Positions 23,950 to 37,200 of a DNA stretch of 64,000 nt are shown here, piece by piece. The translations under genes were made by a program, and so were the position numbers. Under the pieces are notes generated by a model. That model was given only the letters and a program-made list of their open reading frames with translations. It was not told where the DNA came from and made no database searches. The DNA is from Takakia lepidozioides. Its lineage: Eukaryota; Plantae; Bryophyta. The stretch is taken from positions 29,884,001-29,948,000 of the forward strand of contig CM060733.1 in assembly GCA_030704615.1 (NCBI GenBank), in the 5' to 3' direction. The first letter of the stretch is position 1; each line of letters starts with the position of its first letter.

Positions 23950-26300
23950 TGATTACCTGCGTGTCATCGTAAGTATGTCAGCCCTTCTTGTTTGCGAAAG
24001 TCTCTTCCTTAATTTTCTTATCTCTCCCCTTCCTACACTCCTTAAGTTGGTGTTTTCCATCCAGAGTATCCTTTTTTCATTGTTCACTTCGTCCCTTCAG
24101 AAAACGACCTATCTGGGAGTAGGGGTGTACTCTGGGTGGGCGCCTTGCTGGGCAGGAAGCCTACCTTCAGGGCGGGAAGCCTACCTTTGAATAGCAAACA
24201 GAAGCAGAGAGGAAAGGGAGAGTGCAATTGCCCGTTGTGAGGGCAACCTGAAGACAATATTCATTTTCTGATTCACTGTCCGGGGTTCTCTCACCAGAGA
24301 GACGCTCTCTTCAAATCTATCAAGGGACTTGTGCCTGTACCTCTACTTACCAACTTTGAAAGTCTCGAGGCTGAGCCAAAAGCCCAGGGGGCTAGTTATT
24401 GGGCAAAAACCACACATCAGGTTGATGCTTGTGTAAAGGCTAGAGGATATCTGGAAAACCCGGATCAATTGTTTATTCCAAGTCTTACTACCGGCGTCAG
24501 CCCCTGACAAAGGTAGGTTCTGTCCCTTTCCCGCTCAAACTGGGCGCGGGGTCAATGGCCACAAGGCTATGGCGAACAACGACATATGAGTGGGCACCTT
24601 GCAAGACTGCATACTCCTCTTCCCTACCAACAAAACAAATCGGCAGCTGTCAAGTCATTTGCCCTACCTCAACCCTTCTTACACTGCACTCAAGGAAGAG
24701 TATTGAGGTATGCAAATCAGCCTAGGTAGCTACTTGTGCACAGCTGATAACTCTCTGGTCAGGAGGCTGATTGGTTGAGAGCTAGTATAGACAGCATACC
24801 AGATCACAGGATGTTGAATCCGCCACGGCTAGTATAGTCCTCCGTCTCAACAAAGAAATAGTATATGTGGCAGACGTTGGACTGCCAGTCGCACATGGAA
24901 AAGGGCAGAATCAAGTCTTCTGGGTAGCACAATTATGGACCAAGTGAATGGAAGTGTACCAACAATCATACAGTAGGGACTAGGGACCCTTATGATTGTT
25001 AAAGAAAAGACATGTTCCAACTGAAATTTACAGATTTGGTCACTTACGTCAAGGTGTATGTTGAAGCCTTGGGGAAGAGGCAACACTTCATGTATCGAAT
25101 CTGCCATACGCCACCAGCTCTCTCTCTCACCTAGTACTTTGTTCCTGACTTCTGTAGCCAAGAATTTACTATCTTCGGTGTCTCGCCCTCCCTCTCCCCT
25201 TCTCCATTCTCCTGTTCTCTTTCCCTTTTCTCCACCGATGTAATCTGTACACTCCACACCAATGTATGCGGAGATCTCTCTTCTGCTACTCTCATTGGCA
25301 TCCATCTCAGGGTTCTCTATACTTATGCTAGGAAAATTCGCAGGTCTCTCTGCTGTAAAGTTACCCACAAGTGAGGTTCTACTTCATTGCTCAGACATAC
25401 TGAGGCATTGTCACTAATTCGTTCTTGTGTCTGAACGTCGAGAATTCTGTTGCCCGTTCGGTCGGAGTTCAGGAGCTCTTTGGTGATAGATATTCTCTCA
25501 TGGCTGTTGACTAAGTCGTTACTCTTTGAGGCTTTGCCTTTGTGCCCGGTAGTAAAACCGTTCGTCTCTCGCGTACTCTCTTCCTCTTCTGTTGGGCTAT
25601 CTTCCAAATCTGTCACGCCATCAATTCGATAAACACTGGACACTCTTCTTAGAGCGCAAAACACCTCTGGAATATACAGGATCTACAAATCTCTCTTTAG
25701 GGGAAGCGCAAGGCATTCCCTGAAGGATTTATAAGCATGAAGTACAGAGTCAAATAGGTCGGAAGTAATCTTTTTATCTAGTTCTCCTACAAATTGTCGC
25801 CTCGTTCGCTGGCAGAAGTGAAGGGGTAGGACCTGTCCTCCTCAGGGAATGCTTAACCAAATACAGATTCAAATGCCGTGGCTTCTCTGACTCTACAACA
25901 TAGCTGAGATCGCATTGCATGCATAGAAGAAGCAGACGTATTGTGTGTCAGGCATACCAGCAAATGTGAGCATAGTCGTCGGAGACTCTAGGACCCCCCC
26001 TTCTTCTCTCTTTCCCGGTTGCGCATTAGATTGACTAAGCTTTGCATGGGGTGAACATCTGCAGCTATTTTCGAGTCTATGGTTTGTATGAAGTAATCGG
26101 ATAGCCGTGTGGGGTGATGACAAAGAGAGCACCTGTCTCTTCATTCTACTCACACAGACTCCTCCAGAGGCCTCAATTGTGCAACTGGTTTTACCGCCGT
26201 AATCTAGTATCCAGGTGGTTATATCCGGCCAATTTTCAGATCCACCCATCCACCTGCAGTGACCCACAATCATTCTGAGAGATGCCGCTGCTTGATCAAC
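23950..26300 (-). mobile_element. Highly degraded retroelement-like sequence (possibly LINE)
   Basis: A chain of broken, apparently intronless minus-strand ORFs (25893-26273, 25323-25664, 24847-25368); no catalytic motif recognised. Confidence 0.25.
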
Positions 26301-27899
26301 CCTGCCTTTCTCAGTACTGTAGTGCCATCGCTCAACAATCTGAGACGCATGACCTCGATGTGAGCTCGAGGGCCCTCCAGGAAACCATTTCTTGCTCTAT
26401 ACCCAAGCTGTGATGTTTGAAGAAAGCACGAAATCCCGAAAACCCATGGCTGCTTTAGGCTGTCACTAGTGCTCTCAACCTTTATGGTTTTTTCTTCTTG
26501 GGGACAGTTACACCCATTTGTACAGTTGGGTCTTTTTATAAAGCTATGCAGGTTTGTGTGTTTTATGGCAGGTTTTCACGAAGAATCTCAAGAAAATTTC
26601 ACAGATCTTCTTAACAAAGGTTTGGCCAGAAATGTTGGGCAAATGGTTCTCTTTTCCAGAGGACGAACTGGGAGATTCTTGGGCTGATTCCCAGGCTGCA
26701 CAGACTTTGTGCCACATAGGATTCCAAGGCATTAAATGTGTCGGTGAGGTCAACCCAAAATCGAGATTTCCACCAACAGGAGTGCTCTGAAAGCATTCAG
26801 TCGCCCACATGCGCATGATGGGGCACAGGCCTTGTCTTGATAGGCACCTACCTGCTGGTGATACATAGTGGTGACCTCACAGTAAGTGTTTCCGTTTTGT
26901 ACAGTCACCCCACTTGGGTCTTTTTATAAAGCTATAGAGGTTGTTTTTATGTTTCCACATGTGGAAGAGCTCAATCCACACAGAATCACCTTTGCTAATC
27001 GTGCTGACATTCATCTAACTAAGGAAACACCTCAATCCTAATCCCAGCCGTGAAGGAGGTCCTCTTCACACATTTGATATTTGAAACAGAACAAGTCAAG
27101 GTTCCATGCTGTTTCAATTAATTTTATATATAAATGTAGTTGGAAGCCACAAGAGCGCTTCATGGGAGGTATCCGGTAATGATTTTAAGGAAACCCATCA
27201 CTCAAGGACATCTCCAATTGATCAACCAAAACTTCTGGTTTTGTAAGGCGCTATTCTAAAATCATGAGATGAAGGTAGTCAGCTCATCCATGGAGAGATA
27301 GAGGTCAGCAATGTACTATCTTTCGAAATGTTCTATATTACTCTTGATGTGCAGATATATCTCTTTAATGATCCAATACTTCGTCTCTCGAATATTGCAC
27401 GACTGTCCCAGATCACAAGACAGGAATGGATGTCATGCATAAATTTCAACGAAGTCTGTGCAGCTCTAGCAGTGTGATCTTACCACACGTTGAACTTTAT
27501 AAGAAAACTGCTAATTTCTTCTGTTGCTAGAAAGTATACGTTCTCCCGTTACATCTGGAAACACAAAGAATGCTCTTGAGCTGAGGAGGAAAAGATCATG
27601 GCTTGACATGCAGGCTTGCTCCACTCAACGTGCACAGAACATGAGACTCAAGAACCCGAACATTGCTAATCTTTTGAATTACCAAGCACCCTCAAAGTTT
27701 GCAAATGCTGCAATCTGGAGGTCGCCTTCAAAGAATACAATGAGCACTGAACTGAGTACATCTATCAAATAGTTGACCAGTTTCAATCTCAGAAGTTAGA
27801 TCCAAATAGTTTTTTGACAATTCCGGCAGTAAGACTCTGGGATTTAGTAATAGGTATTGAAATAAACCTAGCTCAAGTACTTCCCCAGGTGGAACAGTA

Positions 27900-29206
27900 A
27901 CAAATCCACAAGGGAAAAGAGATATGACAACCCAATTGATAATCATAGATAGTGTTAAAAACACTTGTCTCGGTCATGCGACCTCTTCACTTACAACAAA
28001 AGGGAATTGGGTAGCCTTACAAAGAGTTTGTCACACAAATGACATGATAAATAAATGTCATCTTAAAAAGCAATATGTCAATTACAGTTTGAGAGAAGGG
28101 AGTGACATTAAAATTCATATTCATGAATTTAGACTCATCTTAGAACAACTAGGGTAAGTGGGGGTCACATATTCAGATGAAGACAATGTAGAGACACTCT
28201 TAAGTAGTCTTCCTGAATCATACGAGCCCATAATTATGACCTTAAGTAATCAACTTGGATTATCCCTTCAAGATGTTGCAGCCAAATTATTGACTAACGA
28301 CATTCGTAGAAGGAAGAATGGTGATTTATCTACAACAGATGGAGTCACAACATTCTGGGTTGGTAGGAAGCCAAACCAGAAGAGGCAGATGACTGGATCT
28401 CAAGGTGGATCACCTAGTTATCTTGTCAACCAAGGGCAGTGGAGTGGAATTAGCTCATCAACTCCCAGTCAACCCTCAGACGTCTATACACCAAATGGTA
28501 AGAGGAGGAAATGACCTTGCAATTATTGCAAAAAGATGGGGCCTATCAAAAAAGGAGTGCTGGCAGTTCTTGGCAGATAGAGGCTCTAGAAAGATCAAAA
28601 CTGAGAGTTTCTTTGTGTAAGTCCCAGAGGAATACAAGTTGTTTGAAAAATTGTATCTCTAAATATGAGTGTATTTTCATTTCAGGTCTTGTATAGAAGA
28701 CATCACAGATCATATCACCTCAAGTTTTGGTCCTATTAACGGGCCAGTTTCCAAGTGTGTAATTCTTGGAGTTAATTCCACAGTCTATTCCCGGAAAGCA
28801 ATCAGTGCTACAAAGAGAAGAGGTGGAGGTATTGAGGTAGCTGTGAAAGTGAGGAGATGAAGAACAGGAGCGTACGAAAGTTCAAGACTTTAACTAGACT
28901 GATGATTATACGAGTGTTAAAGTAGCAATGAAGTGTTAATGTAGACTTTATCTTTAACAGATATATTAGACTTAAGTGGGGGTGTTAGTAGGATAGTAAC
29001 ATCAACTAGGATAATAAGTCTAATAGTTAAAGACCCTTTCATATCTTATACTCAAGAGACACTATTGTAGAGGTCTCATACACAAGAGATATAATTGTTG
29101 ATATATAAGGTATGTTCAGAGACTCTAATACAATGATTTATGTCTCAACTCTCTCTCTCTCTCACTTGTACGTTTACTCATATATAGAATGTAGATATTA
29201 ACAACA
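27900..29206 (+). mobile_element. Ty1/Copia retrotransposon remnant (gag fragment, PPT, 3' LTR)
   Basis: IKIHIHEFRLILEQL...VETLLSSLPESYEPII (gag/UBN2-like) and zinc knuckle CNYCKKMGPIKKEC (~28518). Purine tract aagtggggg (28974-28982) precedes TGTT...AACA (28983 to ~29206). Most of pol is deleted. Confidence 0.75.
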
Positions 29207-29823
29207 TTCTTGTGATATCTTCTAGAATCTTTCTCGATTGCAGTGTTCAACTTCCTTCTTTAATGATTGATAATGACATGTCAGTCACCAATTATGACTG
29301 ATTAAATATACTTGAATCAACGCTAAAAAGTTGTACACCTGGATAGCTCAACTCAACACTCAACGTCCGGGAAATAATTTGAGTTGAACCAGCCAGTAGC
29401 CGCTCGTTCCCAGCAGCAATCGGCTAAGTGGGTTGGGTAGTCAGTTGCTGCCCCTTAGTGGTAACTATACCCAGTCAATTTTCGAGCTAATTTTTCTACA
29501 ACCGATAATATTCCTAATGATTTATTTTGTGTTCAGCTATAAATCCGGCCCTTATAAATATCAACCGGTTGACAACACAAGTGTCAAATGCACAACAATG
29601 TTTTTTTAAAAAAAAGTAAAATAAATAAATAATAAATAATCACAACCAGTTTTAAGCAATTCAAACAAGTGAAGAACATTGTATCCTTATAGAAGTTGGA
29701 CCTGTCAATGCCCTCAAACCACATGGAGGCCAAGAATTGAACCCGCGTGGACAAGTGAGCTGTGCTAGTAGGCAGCGAGTGCAAGCAGGTGTAGGGCTGG
29801 GGCTGCGAGAGCAACGTCCAGAC

Positions 29824-30674
29824 CAGTGTTGGGCGGTTACCCGCCGGGACCCAGGTTAACCGCCGGTTCATGTTCAGGTTAACCGGAACCGGGCCCATTC
29901 TTGCAGAACCTGACTCGGAACCGGGCCCTGCCAATGGGAATCGGCAGAGAACCGAACCGGCGGTTCATGCCGGGTGTGAGAACCGGAGAACCGGGGTGCA
30001 TGGGGATAAAAACAGGTTCAAGTTCGTGAACCCTTGGTGGGCCCTTGCCATAACATGGCATAACCCTCGAGAGAGCTGGTGGCTCCATGGCAAAACTTCT
30101 TTAATGCTCTCAAGCTCCATGAGATCCTAGGTTCAATGCTTGAAAGCCATGACATTCTATGTTCAATGCTTCAACGCCATGAGATCTTGGGTTCAATCTC
30201 CGGCTCCATGATATCCTGGCTAAGTTCATTAATGAAATGTTAGAAGATGCCAATACTTGCCAGATAGCTGAATAGTAATTTCAACCCATAAAATGTTACC
30301 CATTTTCTTCTACCAGTTTTTTTAGAGTATTTTTGTTTGTTTTTTTTTGTGTTAGTGAAAACTAATAAAATCGTTGGATTTTAGTTTGAATATGTGAATA
30401 CATTGCTATTTAATCTCCCGGACTGATAAAATATTTTAAATCTAATTAAACTAAAAAATAAATAAAAGAAAATCGGAACCTAACCGGAACTGTGGTTTTT
30501 ATCAGCAACTAACCGGTAACTGGAACCGCCCCCATGTTTAAGAGTTGGATCCGGAACCGGACCGGAACCGGCTCAATAAAGAAAAACCGGAACCGGATCC
30601 GGAACCGTCTCTTGAAATATTTGTGGAACTGGAATAGAAGGTTCCTTCACAAATGCAAGAACCTCCCAACACTC
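29824..30674. mobile_element. Non-autonomous hAT-type element/MITE, copy 1
   Basis: TIR cagtgttgggcggtt / aacctcccaacactc; perfect 8-bp TSD GTCCAGAC (29816-29823, 30675-30682); subterminal aaccgg repeats. Confidence 0.9.
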
Positions 30675-31059
30675 GTCCAGACTTAGTAGGGTTTGCCGGC
30701 GGGCCCCGCCCTCTTGAGTTCAATATTTTTTCACCTAAACGACCTTCCTCGATGTAACCCGGCCTGGCACGTTGGATTTCCGCCATGTGGTGGACTTCAA
30801 CGGCCATTTCCGTTTATTTGTAATATAAGAAGGGCCGGAATCAGTCCAGGCCTTGCCAACTAAGGCAGATTTCCTGTCTGTAATGAAATGGAAAGGCAAA
30901 TATCATTCCTAAAAGTAGGGCTCCCGGTTGATTTCCGCTTCGGCCATTTTTTCCCTCAGATCCATTTCCTGAGGTTTCATATTTCATTCGAAAATTCTGG
31001 AAATCAGTCGCCTAGCATGTAACTGGCTGCCGGTTCTCCCCGTTGGTTGGCTCAACTCA

Positions 31060-31871
31060 CACAGTGGTCTCCTGCCCACCCCCCTTGAGTGCCAGTACTG
31101 ACAAAGATTCCAGAGGTTTTCCAGCCAATTGTTGTTTCTACCAAAGGCTACCTGTTGCATCGCATTTGCGCTGCCATTGTCCCATAGCGCGTCGGAAATC
31201 CAAAAACTATGGAATCAGCGGCTGCCAAATCAGATGTTGATATGTAAGGAATTGACTGATCCTTGGACCCGGCCTGCAGTTTGTTGAGCGTGTTCTTCGG
31301 CAGTGTTTCGGGCACCTGAAACAAGAGCCCTTCGACCCCTTCCATGAAATCCACCCCTTCCTTCACTTTTCTCGCCAACGCAAGCACATGGCCGTACATT
31401 GAATAGTATCTGCAGCACATATCAATTCAGGGCATAAGCAGACACTGAGAGAGAAACTTTGGGTGCCGACTCCAAAGGTCCATGGGAAGAAGACAGATTA
31501 ATCTGGATTTCCGTCCCAAGCTGGTCGCAATGTAGTGCAATTTTATCCTGTCACAACCTTCACTTGTTCGGTCAAGGTAACCCAAAGACAATCCAAAGAC
31601 ATTGCTGATCCAAGTACAGCACTGAATATCAGTTCAGGTCAAAATTGGAAAGGTCAGTTACATAAAAAACTTTGATCTTTCGAGATGGTAAAGGTGCAGG
31701 CTTCTAGACTGCAGACGACGGAGAAGAAAAGACCTTTCTCCCCGGCGTTGCAGTGTTTCGATTCCCTGCACTGGCATGAGGAGCTACATTAGCTTTAATG
31801 GGAGACGCAACTCGAGGAGATTCCACTTTCGTCCGTCGATCTAGACATGCGCTGGACACACAGCCTCCCAT
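31060..31871 (-). pseudogene. Flavodoxin-like NAD(P)H:quinone oxidoreductase (FQR1/WrbA-like) pseudogene
   Basis: YYSMYGHV...QVPETLP...FGFPTRYGTMAAQM...GIFVSTGTQGGGQETT. A deletion/frameshift follows AQM and there are stops. The MGGC-starting first exon is at 31871-31662; 3' exons were not found. Confidence 0.85.
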
Positions 31872-32115
31872 GGTCCTCTCGCTCTCTCTCAGCAAAGCCT
31901 GATCAAAGAGTGCAGCATCATGGTCAGCCTATGCTGCACCTCCTCCCAATTTATCCCAAGTCTCAAAGGAGTCTTGTCAAGGCAGACTAACATCCAGTCC
32001 TCGTGCTACTATCCTCGGATCTGTGACAACCTCGAGGCCTCCACACCTAATCTACACACAATCTGTAGACAGATTAGGTGAGGCCCTCCGTCTGTTTTTG
32101 CTTTCAACTCTGTAC

Positions 32116-32917
32116 CAGTGTTGGGCGGTTACCCGCAGGGACCCAGGTTAACCGCCGGTTCAGGTTAACCGGAACCGGGCCCATTCCCGCAGAACCCGGA
32201 ACCGGAACCTGCCAATGGGGATCGGCGCAGAACCGAACCGACGGCTCCTGCTCGGTGTGAAAACCGGAGAACGTGGGGCGCACGGGTATAACCTGTTCAG
32301 GTTTTTGAACCCTTGGTCGGCCTTGGCATAACATGGCATAACATTGGAGAGCTGGTGGGGCCCAAGGCAAAACTTCCTTAATGCTCTCAAGCTCCTGAGA
32401 TCTTGGGTTCAATGCTTGAAGGCCATGAGATTCTATGTTCAATGCCTCAGCGCCATGAGATTCTATGTTCAATCTCCAGCTCCATGATATCCTGGCTTAG
32501 TTCATTAATAAAATGTTTGAAGATGCCAATACTTGCCAGGTAGCTGAATAGTGCTTTCAACCCATAAAATTTTACCCATTTTCTTCTACCAGTTTATTTA
32601 GAGTATTTTTGTTTGTTTTTTTGTGTTAGTGAAAACTAACAAAATCGTTGGATTTTAGTTCAAATATGTGAATACACTGCTATTTAATCTACTGGACTGA
32701 TAAAATATTTTAAATCTAATTAAATTAAACAAATATATTTTTTAAATAGAACCGGAACCTAACCAGAACCAATGGTTTTTATCAGCAACTAACCGGTAAC
32801 CGGAACCGCCCCCATGTTTAAAAGTTGGATCCGGAGCTGGACCGGAACCAGTTCAATAAAAAAAAACCGGAACTGGATCCGGAAATAATTGTCAAATGCA
32901 AGAACCGCCCAACACTG
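32116..32917. mobile_element. Non-autonomous hAT-type element/MITE, copy 2 (same family and orientation as copy 1)
   Basis: Perfect TIR cagtgttgggcggtt / aaccgcccaacactg; TSD ctctgtac (32108-32115) / ctttgtac (32918-32925); colinear with 29824-30674. Confidence 0.9.
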
Positions 32918-34280
32918 CTTTGTACCTAGCTAGACATCTGGAGTTGGAAAGAAGTAAAAATAAGCAAAAATTAGGGCATGCTGATCTGTTTTTTCATGGA
33001 TGAAATTGCCAAACTTCTCCAAATAAAAAATAAATTATGGATGAATTTACCGATATAAATAGATGAAAGTGCAGAGGAGGATGATTCTCTCCAAATTTCA
33101 ATGGATGAACAGAATATATGGCTATTTCCTGCAAAACTCAGTGCTAGAAACTTCCAAATTTCCAAAAAAATCGCTGATTCAATGGGGTGGCCCAACCTTG
33201 GTACTCTAGTTAATGTCCAAACTGGTGGAGGCTAAAGGGGTGTGTTTTGCAGAAGAGTGTCTGTCGTGGACTTCTTCATGTGAACTGTGTGTATCATAGA
33301 ATGGTCTTTGTAAAAGCATGACTGCTTTTGGCACCACAAGAGAGCAATTGAAAAAGGTACACAAGAAAGCACCATGGAAGAGATGCCTGTAAAGGAGCAG
33401 AGCAGCCCTGGACTGACATGAACAATCGTGTACCAACAGCATTTCACTGTCCGAGGAGTTGCAAATTGAATGTTAATGTAGAGAAACGGTGAATGGACTG
33501 GACAGCACCCTCGTCCAGAACAATTGCCATATCACATTCTCTTCATTAGATGCACACAAGCCAACAATTAGGGCCAAGGAATTGGAACATATAGGGCTTT
33601 GTGCAGTCTTAATTCCCATTGATCCCAAGATTTACTCATGGCTCTTGCTGATCATCACTCTGGTGATTGCAAGCCAGCAGATAGTCTTCCTTTTATACCT
33701 TCTACTGGGACACTCGGGCGATCCCAATTGGAGGCCAACAGAGGCATTTCTCTTGCAAGTTACCTACTTCACTGGAAAACAAAACAAAACAGACATGTTT
33801 AGCTCCGACTGTGGCTGGCTCCCACCTTTCAGCCAAATCATTCAGTACTTCAAATGCAAAATAGTGGCGAGGCGACTGAATGTGGGAACTAGTGTAATGC
33901 ATCACAAATATATGAAGCACTCTTAACTTTTGACCGGAACTTCGGGAATAAACATGCCAATAAATTTTTGCAGGGCTCCTTACAAATTCATATTTGAACA
34001 GATGAACATAAGGCTCCAATATATCACTTAGTTCTGGCACGATTGGCAGCAACAAATACTTTCTTTCCCTCCACCACAAACCTTGAGCTCTTTTGCAGCT
34101 GCCCCATAACAAAACATAAAACAACATTAGTACCTAATCAGTGACAGAGCTAATATAATTGGGCTCCTTGCAATGATTGGAGTGCTTGAAAACACGCCAG
34201 CAGTAAAACATTGTGTCTTGCCATGTTCATTCAACGAAACCAATGAACGACTAACAAGAAATCTACTCCAAAACTTTTAC

Positions 34281-37200
34281 CTTGTCCTTAAAGCTGTCTG
34301 CAGAATCCTCACTTGACAAGCTTCTGTTGGAGAACAACCCAGTGGCGGCCATCACACGTTTTTGCAACCTTTTCAGACTCATTGTCTGTTCTGGTGCCTG
34401 GAATGTAAGATAGGGGAATGAATTTCAGTAAAAATTCAAATTGTATCCTTTACCTTCAGATCTTGGCACCAAATGCTACTGATTTACCATTTTATACATG
34501 TTGCTAGGATGTGACCACTCTTCATGGGTTCTTTGCTGACTGTGATCTCAAGGACTTCACTCCCAAACACTATTAGCTGGATGAGACAGAACCAGACCTC
34601 AATCAGGTACTGCATGATCAGCTCCTTCAACTTCATTTTAGATCCCTCCTTTTGGACACTCTCCAACACATCTATGTCACAGGAATCACTTTGACACGCA
34701 CGCTTTCTCTTCTTTTGAGGATTCTTTGTGGTCGCCCTGGGGGTTACCCCTCCTCTCACGATGCCTTTGTCTTTCAAGTCCTCACTTGGCCTATCAGTGC
34801 TATGTAGCTCCTTGGCTGCCTCCTTGCCATTGTTATCGTCATCATCATCATCATCAAATGCCTTCTTCTGGCCTTTCCAGTGTGCACCTCCCACTTTCCG
34901 GGGGCGGTCACCAACACCCAACCCCTGCTTTCCTGTAGTTGCCTTATCCTGCACACACATAAAATTCACCCCACAGCTGAATCTAGTCCGACAAATGCTA
35001 ACCCATCCAAACTCAAAAAGAGGTTACAACCCACCACATTCAGAACGATGATCTTTGACATCTACTGAGACCTTCTAACTTATTATTCTCTGCTACAATG
35101 ATCGGTGTAAGATTGCACAACCAGCTCTAGGAGGGTTGATCAGACTGGCTAGCCATTACCCTGCAGCAAATTGAAAGGGTATGACAATCTTTGAATCTCA
35201 CCTGGACAAGCTTGTACAGATTCTCTTGATCCTGCTCACAGAATGCCACCCGTTCGTGGGACGCACCCACATCCCTAGTTTCACCTGGGGCATTCCCATT
35301 TGGTGCGCATCGTGATGACATTTCTCTAGTTTGCTGGTCTTCCATAAGCTTACTTCCCAGCTGCCCACCCCTTACGAATCCGTATTTGGTACCCCACCAA
35401 TCAACACTAGCATAACCTGTTGATGCGGATATTGAGGATTCAACTACATTGGAAGGAATATCTTTAAGAAATGTCTCCGTCTGTCTTTCTTCTGTCTGTT
35501 TTTCTTCCGTGATCACACCTGCAGAACAGCACAAGCTATCTAAATTTAGTCCTCATTGTATAGGGGCACACAAACATGCAAATCACAGAAAACTCTTAAT
35601 CCACACATCATGAAACTTTTGCATATGCCAAACTACAGTTCGCATGATATGGTCAGCTGCCATCTACCAAAGTTCCTAGTTTCAAGAAATTCATTATCCC
35701 TCAACGCAACTGGCAGGAAAATAACATAAACAAAAAGGTTTCCACATGGGCTATGCGCTAACCTTTCGGCTTGGTGTCTGACTTCAACTTTGATTTTTTC
35801 TTGGTGCCACTGACAGATGCTTTGACATTAGTTTCTTCAATTTCAGTGTGTACTATGGAACTCAGTGGTTCGGGTGCGTCTGAAGTGCGGGCAACATTTT
35901 CCTCACCCCGACCACCCTGCATGACCGAATTTTCTCTTTTATCAGAGCAACATATCGGGAAAAACATGGGTTTCTCGGAGAAAGCTCATGAGCAACACCA
36001 TCAACTGTGCCACTGAGTTTATTTATTACAGAAAAACATTGCTATTGCGGGAAGCCCTGAAATAAAACTTCAGATGACGGACTGGATGGATCTGTCACAA
36101 AATAAAGACTTCGGTGTGCATAAGACCATCCCTCCTAAAAGTAACGACAGAATAAAGGGCGAAAAGTCACCAGAATGGCCTGAAGGTCTCTATCCGAGTA
36201 ATCACGAACCAATTTCCCACCTTCCCTCCTCTTGTATCTGCAACACGAATGTACCAATACATTAGACCCTGAACTGAAGAGCATAGCAGACACAAGCCCT
36301 CTGATCTGGCACCCAATGGTTGCATGCCCATGTCATCAATAAGAGCATAGGAGGAATCCTACTTCTGAACTTCAACACAAGAGACCCAGCGAGGTGGTAC
36401 TATCATTACTAGGGCAGTGAGCCACAAATTGAAAGAGTATCATTGGTTTAGGCTGCACAGAACTTGGAATGCAATTGAGAATCAAAAGGTCTGCAAGAAA
36501 AATAAAAGGGGAGGGTTTAAGTGGTATCTACTTTCTACTTAGTTAGAATTAATGCTGGATTTATACAAGGGGCCCAGTAGTTCAACTGTAACTCGTGCCA
36601 ATACATCAATCCATCTGCTTTCCCCACCTTTAGCAGCATCTTGCAGACCTCCTAGTTGTTACAGAACCTGGGTGGTGACGACAAGACAAAACATTGGCAT
36701 AACTGAGCTCCCATATACAGGACGCACCCTCCCTGGCAGGGTCCTTTATATCCCTTTTCAATATCCCTCAGGCCTGTCAAAGGCCCATTGGGTTCCCGTG
36801 AGCTCCACTGCTGTCAACTCTATCGTTCCAGGCTAGTAAAGTTCTACCCAACGTCTCAGCTCAATGACCAAATTTGCTGGTATAGAAACTGATGCAGTAC
36901 TGGGCACCAAATGGAGAGAATTAAGCAGTTTGACAACTGCTTCTCACACCCACATGAGATCCCCTGACACTTAACACTGATTCAAGAGGGGAGAGGGTGA
37001 CACCTTCCTTGGGGCCGGGCATGTTTCTTCACTTTCACTTTCACATCATCTTCAACCTCTTCATCTTCACTAGTGTCCTCTGCATTTTTCTCTGTGACAC
37101 AAATGACATGACAAATAGACAAATAATGTCAATGGTTATCCCTCCTACAATCACTGACAGCAGACCCACCAGTGACACTGTAGCTAAGAAATTTGAAGAA

